From assembly GCA_964234715.1 (NCBI GenBank), contig OZ174277.1: a stretch of DNA of 64,000 nt; one strand, given 5' to 3'. The DNA is from Podarcis melisellensis. Lineage: Eukaryota. Positions 47,913 through 61,562 of the stretch are shown in pieces (positions within the stretch are counted from its first letter, which is position 1; the number at the start of each line of letters is the position of its first letter). The position numbers and the translations under genes are program-made. The notes under the pieces were generated by a model. The model saw nothing but the letters and a program-made list of their open reading frames with translations. It had not been told where the DNA came from and searched no databases.

Positions 47913-49940
47913 GTTTGAAGAAATTAGAACAAAAACCATGGCCCTTTTTATTGGCAACACAATTTGCAGCAACTTAGTGAACAAATTCAGTTGACAGATT
48001 CCAAAAGAAAACTTATGTTAGCCAGCTAGTCTTAAGGTAACTGAAAAATGAAAATTTATCTTGAGCCATAAACTTTCATGACAATAAAGACATGCTTTCA
48101 TATTAAATGTCCATCTATAAATCTATTTAAAATTGCCATTCTACATCTTCTCAATAAAATTTTAACTTATGAACACAAAGAGAGCCTGCTGGTTCAGGTC
48201 AATAGCACATCTAATCCATCATCTTGTTCTCAGTGGCCATTAAGAAGCACACTGGAATTCAGAGGAATACTGCCCTTTCACAATGGAGGTGGAATTCTGC
48301 TGCTATAACATCTACGGTACGTTTCTTTAATTTCTTCATTATATTTGTTCCAAAGCTATGCAACTGAAACTGCTAGACACAAAGTTATAGAATTATTGGT
48401 CAAACAGACCAATGCAATGCAAATGTACTTTGTTAATTGTTGTGTTAGCTTTCCAACTGCCAACACAATTCATGATCTACAATGCAGTGAGCTCTATAAC
48501 ATATGCCCTCCTAAAACCCCGAATCTCCCCCCCCCCAACTTTCCTAGCATTTCCTTGTTTGGGTGGCCTTGGGTTTTGAGTAACCAGGTCTATAGCTCCC
48601 ATGCTGCCACAGACATTGGCTGAAGAGGGAAATAATTCCATCAAGCCCCCTCCTGAGAGGATTCTAACTGCCATCAAGTCAGTTACGGCAGCTTCCTTAG
48701 GGAAGAACGGTGGCAGAAGCTGCTCTGTCCTGCACATTGTTCAGCAGTTCTGCTCCTGGACCGGAGGAGAGGAGTGCTTCTGGTGAATAAAGCCCTGGCC
48801 ATAACTGCCTCTGACACCTGTGAGTAGATGCTGTTCTTCTATACAAACAGAATCTTATAACAGTTATAAGAACTGTAACGTTATAAATTGAGCTCCAGTT
48901 TGCTTCCCCACTCTACCTCGCTCCCCGACCACTCCTTTTCCCTCATGTGTCATCTTTTTAGATCATAAACCTAAGGGCAGGGACCATCTTAAAGCTGATT
49001 TTTTAAAAAGTCATTTTGGCAGCCTTTTTGGCTGAAGGGTGCAATATAAATCCTTCCTTAACAAAACAGAGCCTTAGAACCTACAACTGCAAAATGAGTT
49101 CCAAAAATGGAATAGGGCTTCCCCACTTCATTCTTCCTACTACAACTTCATGTCTACTTCAAAAAGCTTCATGTGAGAGTTGAAGGTGTTCAGTGGGGTA
49201 CAGGAGATTGCAGCAGAGGGATGGGAAAATCAAGGACACCCTGGGCCTCTGTGGGATTGAAATGAAAGTGTTTGTTCATTAATGTAAATATAATCCAGTT
49301 GCATTTACATGTGACATTAAACCATGGCTTATTGCTATGTGAATGAGCCTGAACAAGTCTGAGTAAAAGGTCTAAACTACTGCACTGCATTCTCTCCTTC
49401 TCCTGTACAGCTGGAAAGAGCCAAGTTTAACTTTCAAAGAATCCCAGTTTAGCATTATGTTCAAACCAGAGTTCCTGTTTAAAACAAACTCTGGTTAAGT
49501 TTCAGAAGAAAACAATTTCAAATCATGGGTTATGAAGCTCAGTTCTTAAAACTAACCAGTTTGTTTTAAACCAATGTTCTTGGTTTAACAAAAAGCTGGG
49601 ATTCTTTAAAAGTAGGACTAAACTCTGCCAAAGTCCTCCTCCCAGATGTGCAAGCGGAGTAAAGCAGGGAGGATGTAAGCTAATGCTGCAGCCAGACATT
49701 TCAGGCTCATCCATGTAGCATTAAACTATGGCTTAGTATATTATGTGTTAACATACCCACTGACTTTGGCTGCAGCTGAGGATCTTCCTTTGTTTACTAT
49801 ATTTTATAGGGTTCAAAAACCACCCCTATCAATTCATTCATTCTTAACAAACAAGCATCCACCCTATGTATTAAATTCTAGCTTTGTTGCCCATCGCTCT
49901 ATTTTGATCTCAAAACAGACACAAAGCTTAGAAAACATAC

Positions 49941-50080
49941 TCATTGTTTGCTAGTTTAATTATGGCTTTGGATAATATCAGTGGCCAAAGTTCAATTTCA
50001 CATGTTGTTACTGGAAGCAGCATATCATTGTCTTCATTGAAAGGTATGCTGTCATCCACAATGATCTTTCGCCAGCTCCC
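49941..50080 (-). CDS. ADGB: ADGB exon 6 (calpain-like domain)
   Basis: GSWRKIIVDDSIPF...ELWPLILSKAIIKLA. Confidence 0.96.
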
Positions 50081-51467
50081 CTGCAAAAGAGAAAGGAAAT
50101 TAAGTGTGATTAGGTGGCAATGAAAAATTGTGTCAGCATGAAAATCTGTGTGACCTTCCAAGAACTTGACCCTCATTATAGATAATTTTAATAAATAGGG
50201 AGAGCAAATATGAAAGTCCAGTAGATTCTGTCTGCACAATGGAAAGCAGCACAGCTAGTACTTTCGAAATTGTTTGCAGGGTACTGATGAGCTATTCCTC
50301 AGTTGTCAGCTCTTGTGGTTTTCACCAATGCAAAACTATCCTCTCAGAACTAAAAGGATTAGTTGGAACGTTCTCACCTTATAAAAGCATAATGATAAAA
50401 GCAGTTTGTCATCTATCATTATTACTCATATGAAGTGGAAATATGGGGTGGGACAAAGTGTGCTACTCAGATGCCACTGAACAACCATTGAGGGAGAATG
50501 TTATTGGAATGTTCTGGTACTTTGGGAATGGCTTCTTATGCTTCCATGGCAATATATTAGAATCCACTTTTCTGGAACTTTCCAAAGCATCTGGAACAAG
50601 GGAGAATTATTTCCTCCTTGTTTACCTATGCTGTATATATAGGACATCTCATATATGGGATTGAACTCATTTTCAATACAGGATTGTATCAACCTGAATC
50701 TACATTCACCTAAGTGTGGTTTCTCCTTAACAAATGTTACTATAATTTATATGCTTTAATGTTGGGTTTTGAATAGCTTGTGGGAACAGCTTAAATTTTA
50801 AAATGTATAATTTCTTGCTGAAGAGATAGAAATTCGTTTCAGCCTGTGCTATCTCTTTACATTCATGCAACATATAGTGGTCAGTATTTTGGTTCAAAAT
50901 TTGTCATTCATTTATTAAAATTGTTGGCCATGCTGGCTGAGGCTGATGGGAGTTGTAATCCAATAACACCTGGAGAGTTGTAGCTTCCCCAACCCAAGGC
51001 TATAGGAAGCACTGGATTTTCCTTTCTGCAGACCATGTCAGATCTGAGAGAGACATGGAGAGATCCAACCCTATATGGCCCCTCCCTGTCATTGCAGAAG
51101 TGTCCACAGCCTCTGTGTGGAAAGGAATGAAAGGGGTGTGTGCTGGGGGAAGGCACTGATTCAAAGGATTCCTAGCCTGTCCAATTCTCTGGCACACCCA
51201 CCCCTACAAACCAAGAAGAAAACCATGCCAGTTTTGGAGCTGTTGCTACTAATGAAAGGAAAACTGTGAAATAAAATAATAAACTGGAGAAGGACATAAG
51301 AGTGCAAGAACCTCACTTCCACCCTTCCAACGAAAGATCATTAAGCCTTTGGATGAGGCCGCTCAAAGGCTTTCAGCCTTCAACCACCCCTCCCCACAAC
51401 AGGACTGCAACCTATGTAAAATAAATGATGTGCATAATATATACCAAAAAGATTGATGCATCCTTAC

Positions 51468-51677
51468 CATCCAATAAAGCTTTACCACATATTTTCCATA
51501 GCTATTGTACAATGGCATATGTCCCTTGATAGCTTTGCATAATGAATATATATGTTCCCATGGCTTCCATAAAAGCTGAGGTGCTTCATTTGCATTAGCT
51601 TTAGGATCAGGACTTAAAGCAGGTGCATTATACAATTTCCAAACTGCATAGATTTCACTTATTATCCATCTTATCAG
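51468..51677 (-). CDS. ADGB: ADGB exon 5 (calpain-like domain)
   Basis: [14 protein letters not shown]...[34 protein letters not shown]. Confidence 0.96.
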
Positions 51678-52991
51678 CTGAAGTCAGGGGTTTTTTGGGG
51701 TGGTGGAGGAAATAAAAGAAGTCAGTTTTGTTCACAATACATACATATATACATATATAGTCTAACTCTACTTTAAAATGAAATACATAACGATAACAAC
51801 ACCATTTAATTGTATAGAAGCTAATAAAGCAAGTGCTGCACAGAGAACATTAAAAAAAGAAGTCTGTGCTCAACAGAGCAGAATCTAAGCACCAATATGA
51901 CATGAGAGAGAAGGGTTGGGAGACAGAAAGACATATTAAAAGGTGCAGAGAGTACTTTATTTATAAATCACCAATCAATGGTGATTTATAAAAGTAGGCA
52001 ATCAAAAAGCAGAAGAAAAATAAAAATAAAGCAGGGAACACTTTTCCAGATGAATTTATTGAGGGATCTCTTCCTGGATCACACACAGCAGGTGGTGTGT
52101 CAGTATTAAATAATCTGAAACAAAGACACCCTAAAGTAGCAAGCATGATCTGGAACCAAATGTGGCCATACATTAGTAAAAGAATGTTGTTAGGGAGAAG
52201 GAGCAGAACCCTGTCATCTGAAAGAAAAGACAACTCCTTTCCTCTCCTGTCACCACACAGTTGTTCACCAGCAGCAGCTCTAACAGCATGGATCATATGT
52301 GCATGGGGACAAAGTGGAAGATCCTGTATGTTGTTGTGGGTGAACAGCATCCAGTCTCTAGACTGAGGCCAAGAACTTTAGTTAATTTTAACCAAAGCCT
52401 AAGGTATTCTAGTATGTAGCCCTCCCTTAATTAACAGTTCAAGTCTATTCTTACCTACTCAGAAGCAAGCCTTACTGGGTTTACATACTCCTTGTTGTTG
52501 TAAGGTGCAATCCAAATGCAATCCAAATCCTTAAGGCCAATGACATCAATGAGACCCCAACACGCTTAAATTCACCTGGATCCCCCCACTTTTCCCTTTC
52601 AGTAGCTCCCCTATAACACCAAACCCCTTGTTAAAATGGATGGAAATTGTTCTCAATCCATGTGTTATCATATATTTTTTCATGTAATCTACCTCTTCAG
52701 CAGCTGGCACTCTACCCCCAAGCTGATTTTTTAAACTCAGTTCATTTTGAATTTTAAAGTCGCTCAAGGTAGCTTACACCATTTTGAAAATGTAAGGGTG
52801 CTCATTCTTCCCTTCATTTAACCCTCCTTCTGTGGCATCACCTGCAACAGGTCACTTCGCCTTGCAGCATGGTACAGCCATCCCTGCCCTAGCAAAGGCA
52901 TTTTACCTGTTTTATGACAACATCAAAAGTCTCCTCCATTCATCTACACAATTAATATGCTTTCTTTATTAAGAAGAGATCATACACATAC

Positions 52992-53063
52992 CTCACTGCC
53001 CATTAAATGTTCATTGGCTGAAAAAAGGTCAAACCATGCTTCATTTTTCACTACCACAGGCAC
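52992..53063 (-). CDS. ADGB: ADGB exon 4
   Basis: VPVVVKNEAWFDLFSANEHLMGSE; TAG/GTATG. Confidence 0.93.
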
Positions 53064-54060
53064 CTAAAAAGATATTTGTAATTCTTTTATTAAAATGTTT
53101 ATGAACGCTTATACATGTTCAAAATCTTGAAATAACTTATAACTGCCTACAAAATGTTAATCAAAAGTTAAGAAAGGTAATTTAAAGTAATCAATGCTAA
53201 AATTCTGTAAAAGACTGAGGAACTGTTGTTGAACTGAGTTTGGACATTAGTGAAATAATCAGTGGATGACATACAATAGTGTGATAGTGGCATTGTTTTC
53301 CATTGTTTCCCATGGCATACATTCACCCCCCCCCCCACTGTTATACACTGGTCAGGCAAGTTTTGAAGGCAAACACCCGCAAAACCTTTGAATATAGGTA
53401 ACAGTGGGATAGTTAAACAATACTGGCCCAGATTGGACAATGTTTGAGGAGGAAAGTCGTCTCAAATGTGTATGAGGATATGATTGTAATTATGTATGTT
53501 TCTACCATTGCACTATGCTCTCCCCTACTCAAACAACTTGGGAACAGGTAGGAACAAATAGTGATGATCATAATGATGACTCTGAAATGGGCACCCCCCA
53601 ACCCCCACCACTACAACTTTGCAGGCAGCAAAATGACTGACAGGCAGTTCCCACATTCTTTCTACTACCACAACAGAGACATTTTTAAAGAGCCTTCCAA
53701 GGAGCTCCTGCTCCATGTGGCTGGCAGGCAGAAAAACAAAACAAACAGAGCAGCTAAAAAATAAAACACAAGCTGGAAAAGTGCACTAAAGGGGAGGGGG
53801 AAACAGAAACTCTGTAGGACTCAATGGATTCATGTTGTCTGGTGTCCAAACAACTCACTTATCACACCTCTGACTTCACTCATTGGCTAAAAATATTGAC
53901 AGGCAAGAGAGCCAGACTGGCTCTTTTCACAGAAATTGATTATATCTGCATATTTTGCTTATCTGTATATTTTGCTTCATAACTGTCTTTCTAGGAAGGG
54001 AGACACTTCTTTCTTTCTCTGCTGTATAAAATAAACATCAAATAAGAAACATCTTCTCAC

Positions 54061-54153
54061 CTTAGTGACTAAGAATTCTTGTGGCCTTCTCCAGAAACTC
54101 ACTTTTAAAGAAGGGGGCAATTCAATTTTTCCTTCTGGATCTTCAAAGACATG
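54061..54153 (-). CDS. ADGB: ADGB exon 3
   Basis: HVFEDPEGKIELPPSLKVSFWRRPQEFLVTK; CAG/GTGAG. Confidence 0.95.
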
Positions 54154-56016
54154 CTGTAAAAAGCATTCATTTACTATATATATATGCTTATACTGAAGAG
54201 ATTCAATTACAATTATAAATAATAAATTATTATATTTATTACACACAATTCAAAGAAAAGTTGCAAACTTTTCACTTGCAAGTCTTTTTTTTTAGTAGCA
54301 TATCTAATATTCTAATAGTGATCAAAAACGAAAGCTTAAACAACTGAGAGAAATAAAACACTTGTATGAAATGGAAACTACCAATTATTTTTAATTCTGA
54401 ATTTTTATAGATAGCATAACAACAATCATATAAGGAAAGCAACAATGTGTGTTGTAGAGACTAGCATTAAAAGACTAGCATTAGAAGAACATAAATAGCT
54501 CCACAGTAAGTCAGGACACCAACTATCTATACTTTCCAGAAATAACTGAAGACGTTTTTTGTTTTGACAAGCTTTTCCAGATGCCTTAGGGTTTTATGTT
54601 GCATTGTTTTAAAACCTATCTTCTATTCTTTGTGCAGTCCACAAAATTATTTTCGCTGTTTTATGATGTTTGTAAATTGCCTTGAGACGCATATAAAAGG
54701 CCATTCAGAAATATATCATCAACACCAGCATCATGATCATGATCATCATCATTAATCTGGGGCATGTACCAGTCAAAGTCTGATACTTTTCAGCAGGAGT
54801 AAACTATTTTGTTTGCTGCTCACATATTGATAAGTACACAGATAGCTCTGGGAAGTGTGATGGGTCTCAGGCTTCTTCTCAGTCCTGGAACTATTGCAGG
54901 TGGAGGGAGAAGAGAAGAGGAAGCACTGGAAAACAAGTCTCTGCCTCCACCCTACAGCTCAGAGATAGAGGAAGGATGTTGGCTTGGCTTTGTGCTTGCC
55001 AGTCACTTGGAACACTTGGTGAGCACAGAGTTGCACAAGGCTCTTTACCCCTTCTGCATGGAGCTGTTGAGGGGCGGGAGCTCATTTTTACTATGTGTAA
55101 AATCCCTCTCAATGCTTTCCAGCTCATAGCTTGGAGTGGGAGAGAACAGGAGATAGTAATCATTGAGAGCCTCACACTGGGTTTTCAAAGCACAGCACCA
55201 AGTCAGTTACAAGACTCTGGCCCAGAGATCACAATATTTTGGTTGCCCATGAAGGTCAGCCAAAAATTGGGGAGCTCAACTTTTAAATCTTACTGATTTT
55301 AATATAGGTTATAACACAGATGCACACACATCTGAGCAGTTCAGCCAAAAAGTGCTTAACTTTGGCTGGACCCTATCAGCATATCCAAAGTTACTGGTGA
55401 TCCCTCTCAGAAATGCCTCATTTACAGACTTTATCCTTCTACTGCTGTTGGGAAAACCACCAGCAGTAGCTGTCTGCCCACCTAGGCAAAGTTGGGACCA
55501 TCACCATAGTGTAGCCTCCGCAACAGACAGCATTCTTCTTAGTGAAAGATACCAGCAGAGGTAACTTTGCACAATCCTGATCAGAACATGCGAACAAGAT
55601 CCTTCTATCAGTGAAGTGCTCCCCTTCCTCTACATCCTCTGGGAGTTCTCCTGGTGGTTTCAGGGGAGGCGTGAGGGCACACAGAGGGAGGAGAGGGTGC
55701 CAAGATGTCCACTGCGGTAGACCTTTTGCTGGCTTCCACCAGCAGCTGTGTTATGACTGGTGCCCACATCACTCTCTTAAAATGCAAAATGTGACCACTA
55801 GTTGGCAATGCTTGAGCTAAGGTATGATTCAGAAACAGCTAAGCACTTTTAATTTTAATATTAGTTTAATGAAAAGCCTCATTGCCTTACTAGAATGGCG
55901 AGCACTCATTCAATGATGAATCTTTAAAAGGTGTGCTTAAGAAGACACAGTGTTATACATATTTTCAAATACTGATGAATCTGAAAGAACGTTTCTGATT
56001 ACTACAGAAAACTTAC

Positions 56017-56194
56017 TAAAATAGGACTTCTTCCAGCTTTATCTTTTTCCTTTGCACCTTTTCCTGCATCCCACTTCTCTACATTGATATCTGCTTCATT
56101 CCATTCTGGCCAGATAGGAAATCTTGGTTTCCTAGACTCACCCAAAGGACCTTGAGGGTTTACACTAGAGACTGATCCAGTAATACCCCAAAGG
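56017..56194 (-). CDS. ADGB: ADGB exon 2
   Basis: RFPIWPEWNEADINVEKWDAGKGAKEKDK; tttcag acceptor, GTAAGT donor. Confidence 0.95.
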
Positions 56195-58173
56195 CTGAAA
56201 TAAAACGTGAGCACGAGAAGAGAACTTGCTGTTAGTTGCATGGTAATCAACTTCCAAATTTTCTTATTCTACTTTCAGTTTCATACTGTTGGCAAGCACA
56301 ATATCTTCATTTTGAACCCCATGCAGGTACTATCACTACAAATAAAATGAAGAGATAAGAAATACATCATTTGAGCAGCTTATTATATGTGCCTTGTGAC
56401 TGACACAGCTCACAGTCCCTCAGAAAAAAGTATAAACAATTATCATTTCTACAACCAAAACAAGAGGCTTGTAGTAATGGGAACAACATTTCTTTAAAAA
56501 TCTTTATTTTCCCTAGAATGACCCTGGGAAAGATGCTATGATGAAATGCAATTCCCATTGGTCATTCACAAGGAAGAACGCTGTTGGGTTGCTGCTTATT
56601 GTAGCTCTGCCACTACTTGAAGTAGCAGCAAGTTGTTTTTTTTGTTTTGTTTCAATAAGACAAATCACAATGCTCTACAATCAGGAAACCCACCTGAAAC
56701 ACACACTGCTCCCCCTCCAGTCTTAAAAAAATGCATGCAACTTTTGTGGGAGACAAATGACCCCAAATAATAAGGGGGGCATTATTGTCCAACCCTACTA
56801 GCCAGTTGGCAGAGAAATAGTGAAAACTCTACTAGTAGCATCTAATTGAAGAGCCATGTACCTATGAGCTCTTTGACATTCAAAGTGAGATTGTTTGTTC
56901 AACGTTGTGCCAGTCTGATAATCAAGGGTGCATTATTGACAAACAGTGCACATCACCCCTTCACCAAGCTCAAATGAATCCTTTACATAATATAAATGTT
57001 CACTGGGGCTGCGACTAAATGTCTGCACCTGCACAGAGAAATAAACTTTGATCTTGCACTGCTGTTACATTCCTACCACCTCACCCTTTGAGGAGCTGTC
57101 AATGGAACCTTAATATCCATTTCAGTTGTGGTTTCCCATCTGTGAAATACTTTTCCCAGTGAGGTCTGCATGACATATTTTTGGCGCTAAGTGAAGACTT
57201 TTTCCAAAGCTGAGCTGATTTTGTTCTGCTGCTAGTGTGCTGCTGAAAGTTTCCTGCAGATGTTACCCAGGGGGTGGGAGGGTGCATTAATTGTAGGTGT
57301 CTGCATGAGAAGGTATGGAGAATGTATGAGAATGCTAATGTTTTATATGATTTTTTAAACAGTATAATATATTTATGTTTATGTTCCTAAATGTAAGTCC
57401 CTTGAAGACCTTGGTAGCAAGTGACTAATAAAAAACAAAACTAAAAAATAACCCAAATGTACCAACAATTGAATTTTACTAGTTGAATTCAGACTAGTTT
57501 CTAAGTACCTACTATAAAAAAGACTTAGATATTCAATATTATGCATACAGACGTATGCCAACAAGCTAGGAGAAAGAAACTGACCTCTTTGAAAGTTTTA
57601 TAGTTAAAAATATCACTTAATAGACAACAACAAGCTGCCATCAACCTCTTGATTTAAATACTATCTACAGTTCAGCAGTAACTAAACTTAAATATTTCCT
57701 GACAGCTGGGGCCAGAAGGCTTAGCTGGTGGTTTGTCAAAGTAGAAGAGAGATATGCTGCTCTGACCTGACACTATTTCAAGTACAGCTTCATAAAAGAC
57801 TTCATATATATATCCTTTGGGATATATAAGCAGTGACTTGACTAAGGTCAATCTGCAGAACAATGTCAGGATTGGTTGTTGTTGTCATTAGGTTATTTGT
57901 TTAAGGGTTTCTTCCCCAGTTTCATATTAGACAAGACAGCAAAACAGTCCATCTATAACAGAAACCGAGCTTGGAAACTTCTGCCTGCTGAACTTGAAAG
58001 GGACCCAGGACATAATATAGAGCCCAGCTGTGGGGTGTGCTCTACTTTTTAAAATAAAATTGGAAAGCAGACAATTATATCACATTTGGTACTACATTTT
58101 TTTTCCTGTTCATCCCCAGGTTTCCCCCTTGTACCCTTTTCAAGAGGAATAGGTGAGGCCTCTTTATGCTATA

Positions 58174-58387
58174 AAGTCATACCTCGGGTTACAGACGCTT
58201 CAAGTTGCATGTTTTCGGGATACAAACGAGCCAAAACCCGGAAGTACCAGAATGGGTTACTTCTGGGTTTCAGCACTCGCACATGCGCAGAAACACCAAA
58301 TCGCAATCCACGCGTGCGCAGATGTGGCGCTGGGGTTTGCGAACGTGCCTCCCGCACGGATCACGTTCACAACCTGAGGGTCCACTG
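58174..58387. mobile_element. Tc1/mariner-type MITE with a degenerate left end
   Basis: ACCTCGGGTT...AACCTGAGGGTCCACTG-TA; CpG-rich relative to the intron. Confidence 0.65.
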
Positions 58388-59324
58388 TATTAGTAAATAA
58401 ATGAATTGGATAAAAGTGGATAAATACCCCAAAGACTTGCTTATCAGTGGCCACTAACCATGATGGCTGTAAGTGTATTTGACAGTTCTCAGCTGCTGAG
58501 AATAGCTGTCATTATCTTGTGTTGGGGCATGTGGCTAGCCGCCATCAAATCCACAGTGCTAGAATTGATGGCTCTTTAGCATGACCCTGCACAACTATTA
58601 TTACCAATCAGCTACTGGTTTAGCCAACTCCTGTTGAAATTTTGTTCCAGCCCTTCCAAAAAATAGTAAATTTGGTTAGTTCTCAGGTAGGCATGACATG
58701 TCTTCTGGCCACACAAGCAGTCTTATACTCCTTTCTTTCTGCATCAGAAGACGTTAGTATTCAAGGCTCAAGAAAAGTATGAGAGCTTTCTGATATAGTA
58801 ACTTATTTAATTCCTAGTTACCAGGAAACAGCTGAAACGGCTTGATATGCTCATTCAGAAGTTCCTGGAGACTGATGTGGCATCTCCTCTTTTAGTTGAT
58901 TAGGGGGAGCGGTGGTGAGAGAGGCAAACAGACATCACTGAAGACAAAGTAAATCCAAGGCTTACTAAACCAAAGAGACAGTACAACACCCAGCAATTTG
59001 GTACTGTACCCAGAATCTCAATAGCACTCATTCAACACCACTAATTGATGACAGTTCTTCCATATTTTGTATGAATTCACTCTTAACTGCGGCAGGTATG
59101 CTTGCTGTGTACCAACAGGGTGCACATAACATGTGAAGAGGAAAGCCTGTTTGCAAACATGCAGCAGACACAGAGAGGTGCAGTTAACCTTATCTTCCCA
59201 AAACATATCCCCAAGTGTTCTGAAATCATAAAAATACTTCCTGGAATCCACAAGCAGAGGGTATAAGCAATAGCTCTTCCCTGTTGTTTATAATTCCACA
59301 GTGTTCAATATTCAAAGATATACT

Positions 59325-59532
59325 TTCCTCAAACATGGAGGATGCCCTTAGCTATTAAAGCTAATAGCCACTGATAAACATATCCTCCATGAATTTTAGT
59401 AATAAAAAAGCTACCAATGCTAGCAATCATCACTGCATTCTGTGGTAATACATTCTGCAAGTTAATAATGTTTTGAGTGAAATACTCCTTCCTTTCATCT
59501 GTCCTGAGCCTACTGCCAGTCAATTTCATTGA
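59325..59532 (-). mobile_element. CR1 LINE ORF2 3' fragment, decayed
   Basis: MKLTGSRLRTDERKEYFTQNIINLQNVLPQNAV resembles the CR1 ORF2 C-terminus. Confidence 0.75.
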
Positions 59533-60339
59533 AGTTAAGAGCCTCTCCTTCCTAATTTATATGCTGCCCTTAACATACATCTGTGCAAACAAGGAAACAC
59601 AGCTACTGCTTTTAAGTGTGGCTGACTCTATTTGACTCCTACTGCTCTCGCTGCCTCTAACCTGCTTGTGTTGGATTCCACCCAGACTACATTTTCTGGG
59701 AGCAGAGCAACACTTCTGTAGCAAGTCTGCATATTCCAGACAAGGAAAATATCCGACACTTCTAAGATATAGTACCCATTTTTTTAATGGAAAAGTAGAA
59801 AGTGGAAGGATGGTTGCAGAGGAAACGCCCAGCTTCAGTCTCTGCTCAGCCTTCACACTCACCAAGGCCAATTCCTGTACCTGTTGTTAAGGACTGGGAA
59901 AGGGAAGTGTGTATGTCACACGATGAGCTCCTTCCCAAGTTTCTTGAAGGAAGGGAGAGATAATAAATGAGCAATCTACGCAGAATCATTTAAGGTTTTG
60001 AGTCCCAGCCAATCCCAGGTGCTGCAGTTCCTCAAGCATCGAAACAAGGCCACCGACAGCCGCAAAGTACACGTGGCAGATACATGTGGCCTAGAAACAA
60101 GAATCAAGGACATTTAGCACAGGCAAGACTTACTTGAGTAGCTGATGGCTAGATATAGCTAAACTGCAGCTGGAAAGAAAAAAATTGATCATCATACGCT
60201 CAACCTTTCCCTAGACCCCAGACACTGTTTTGGCAAGGATAGTGCACTCTGCACGCGCCCAGAAACACTCTTTCCTTCTATTATCGCTTCACATCTTCCA
60301 GGTGCGAGTCCTTAACCCTAGAAACAGAAATGCATTGAA

Positions 60340-60960
60340 AGAAGCGGCGAGTTGTGCGCAACCCGCAAGGAACGGGGGCCGCCTGAGAAGCGGAGGGTAT
60401 GGAGCCTTACTCTTTAGCGGGGAAGGGCGTCTGGAGAACGTTGTTGCTCTTCACCGGCTCCTTCTTTTTGCTTAACTTCGACATGCCAGGCTCCCTTAGA
60501 CGAGCTTCAGCGCCGCCGCAATAGCTCGCCTCCCTCAGGCGTCGGTCGCGTCGGCGTCCATTTCGTTGCTAAGAGACGCCGACTCAGCCGCAGAGATAGA
60601 AACGGGGTTAGAGTGATACGCGTCCCGTACTTCCGGCACAATAAAAAGCACGGAAAGTTTGAGTCGCCCACACCAGCCTCGCAATCATCAGTGCCCACTT
60701 CCGGTCCGGAACCTTCCCTCCAAAGCACTGTAGATAGGGAATGTTCTTTACCATAGAGCTGCCGCCGGGTAGACGGACGTCTCCCTGAGTCCATAGAGAT
60801 AAAAACGCGCCTCTTTGCTTCCTGTTTTTATTTATCTTTTGTATTTTTACGCTGTTGGGCGAAAAGCCCGACGAGTGAACAAAGCCGGACTTCCGCTGCC
60901 TGTTCATATCTTGATAACATGTTGAATATCTTCATAAATACAAAGAGTGAGAAGGGGACG
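60340..60960 (-). promoter_or_regulatory. ADGB CpG-island promoter with RFX X-box and ETS motifs
   Basis: CpG-rich around exon 1; X-box-like GTTGCTAAGAGAC 60565-60577; ACTTCCGG motifs near 60630 and 60697. Confidence 0.75.
60411..60484 (-). CDS. ADGB: ADGB coding exon 1 (MSKLSKKKEPVKSNNVLQTPFPAK)
   Basis: ATG in a CpG island; 74 nt ending GA|GTAAG; phase fits exon 2. Confidence 0.88.
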
Positions 60961-61233
60961 GCTCTTCAAATCTGCATTAGTGTTTATTTAGGTGGCGGGA
61001 CGGAGTTCAACTTAAACATATATAATGCACGAGAAATAAAACAATTTGAAAAACCCAACGGTGTACATCCTTTCTGCTGGAGGCAAGACACATGCTGAAG
61101 TTATTTGTCCAGAGGAGTTACTGAAAGTATTTATCTGTTAACATTAGCCTAATCTGAGAAGTAGAAGATCTCGAGACGGAATAGTTGTGATGTCTTTCTA
61201 TTATTAATGTGGCAATATTAGCCGACTACAAGG

Positions 61234-61562
61234 GGACGCGATCGGAAGGTCGGCGGTTCATATCCCCGCAACGGAGTGAGCTCCCGTTGCTTGGTCCCTG
61301 CTCCTGTCAACCTAGCAGTTCCAAAGCACATCCAAGTGCATGTAGATAAGTAGGTACCTTCTCTGGTGGGAAGGTAAACGGCATTTCCATGTGCTGCTCT
61401 GGCTTCACCAGAAGCGGCTTAGTCATGCTGGCCACATGACCCAGAAAAACTGTCTATGGAAGCAGACAAACGCCGGCTCCCTCGGCCTGTAAAGCGAGAT
61501 GAGCGCCGCAACCCCAGAGTCGTTTGCGACTGGACTTAACTGTCAGGGGTACCTTTACGTTT
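61234..61562 (+). mobile_element. Sauria SINE with a deletion in the head and a TSD
   Basis: GGGACGCG start; body GCGAGATGAGCGCCGCAACCCCAGAGTCG; ACCTTT tail; TACAAGGG repeated at 61227-61234 and 61563-61570. Confidence 0.85.

Larger units (their letters stand above)
98..60484 (-). other. ADGB: Androglobin gene, complete coding span (35 coding exons, about 1579 aa)
   Basis: Exon peptides match vertebrate ADGB as recalled ([36 protein letters not shown] motif LQAAWKGSYVR, KDTERADEIKAMKQAWE). All 34 introns are GT-AG with consistent phases. Exon lengths sum to 4740 nt with an open frame. Confidence 0.96.
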
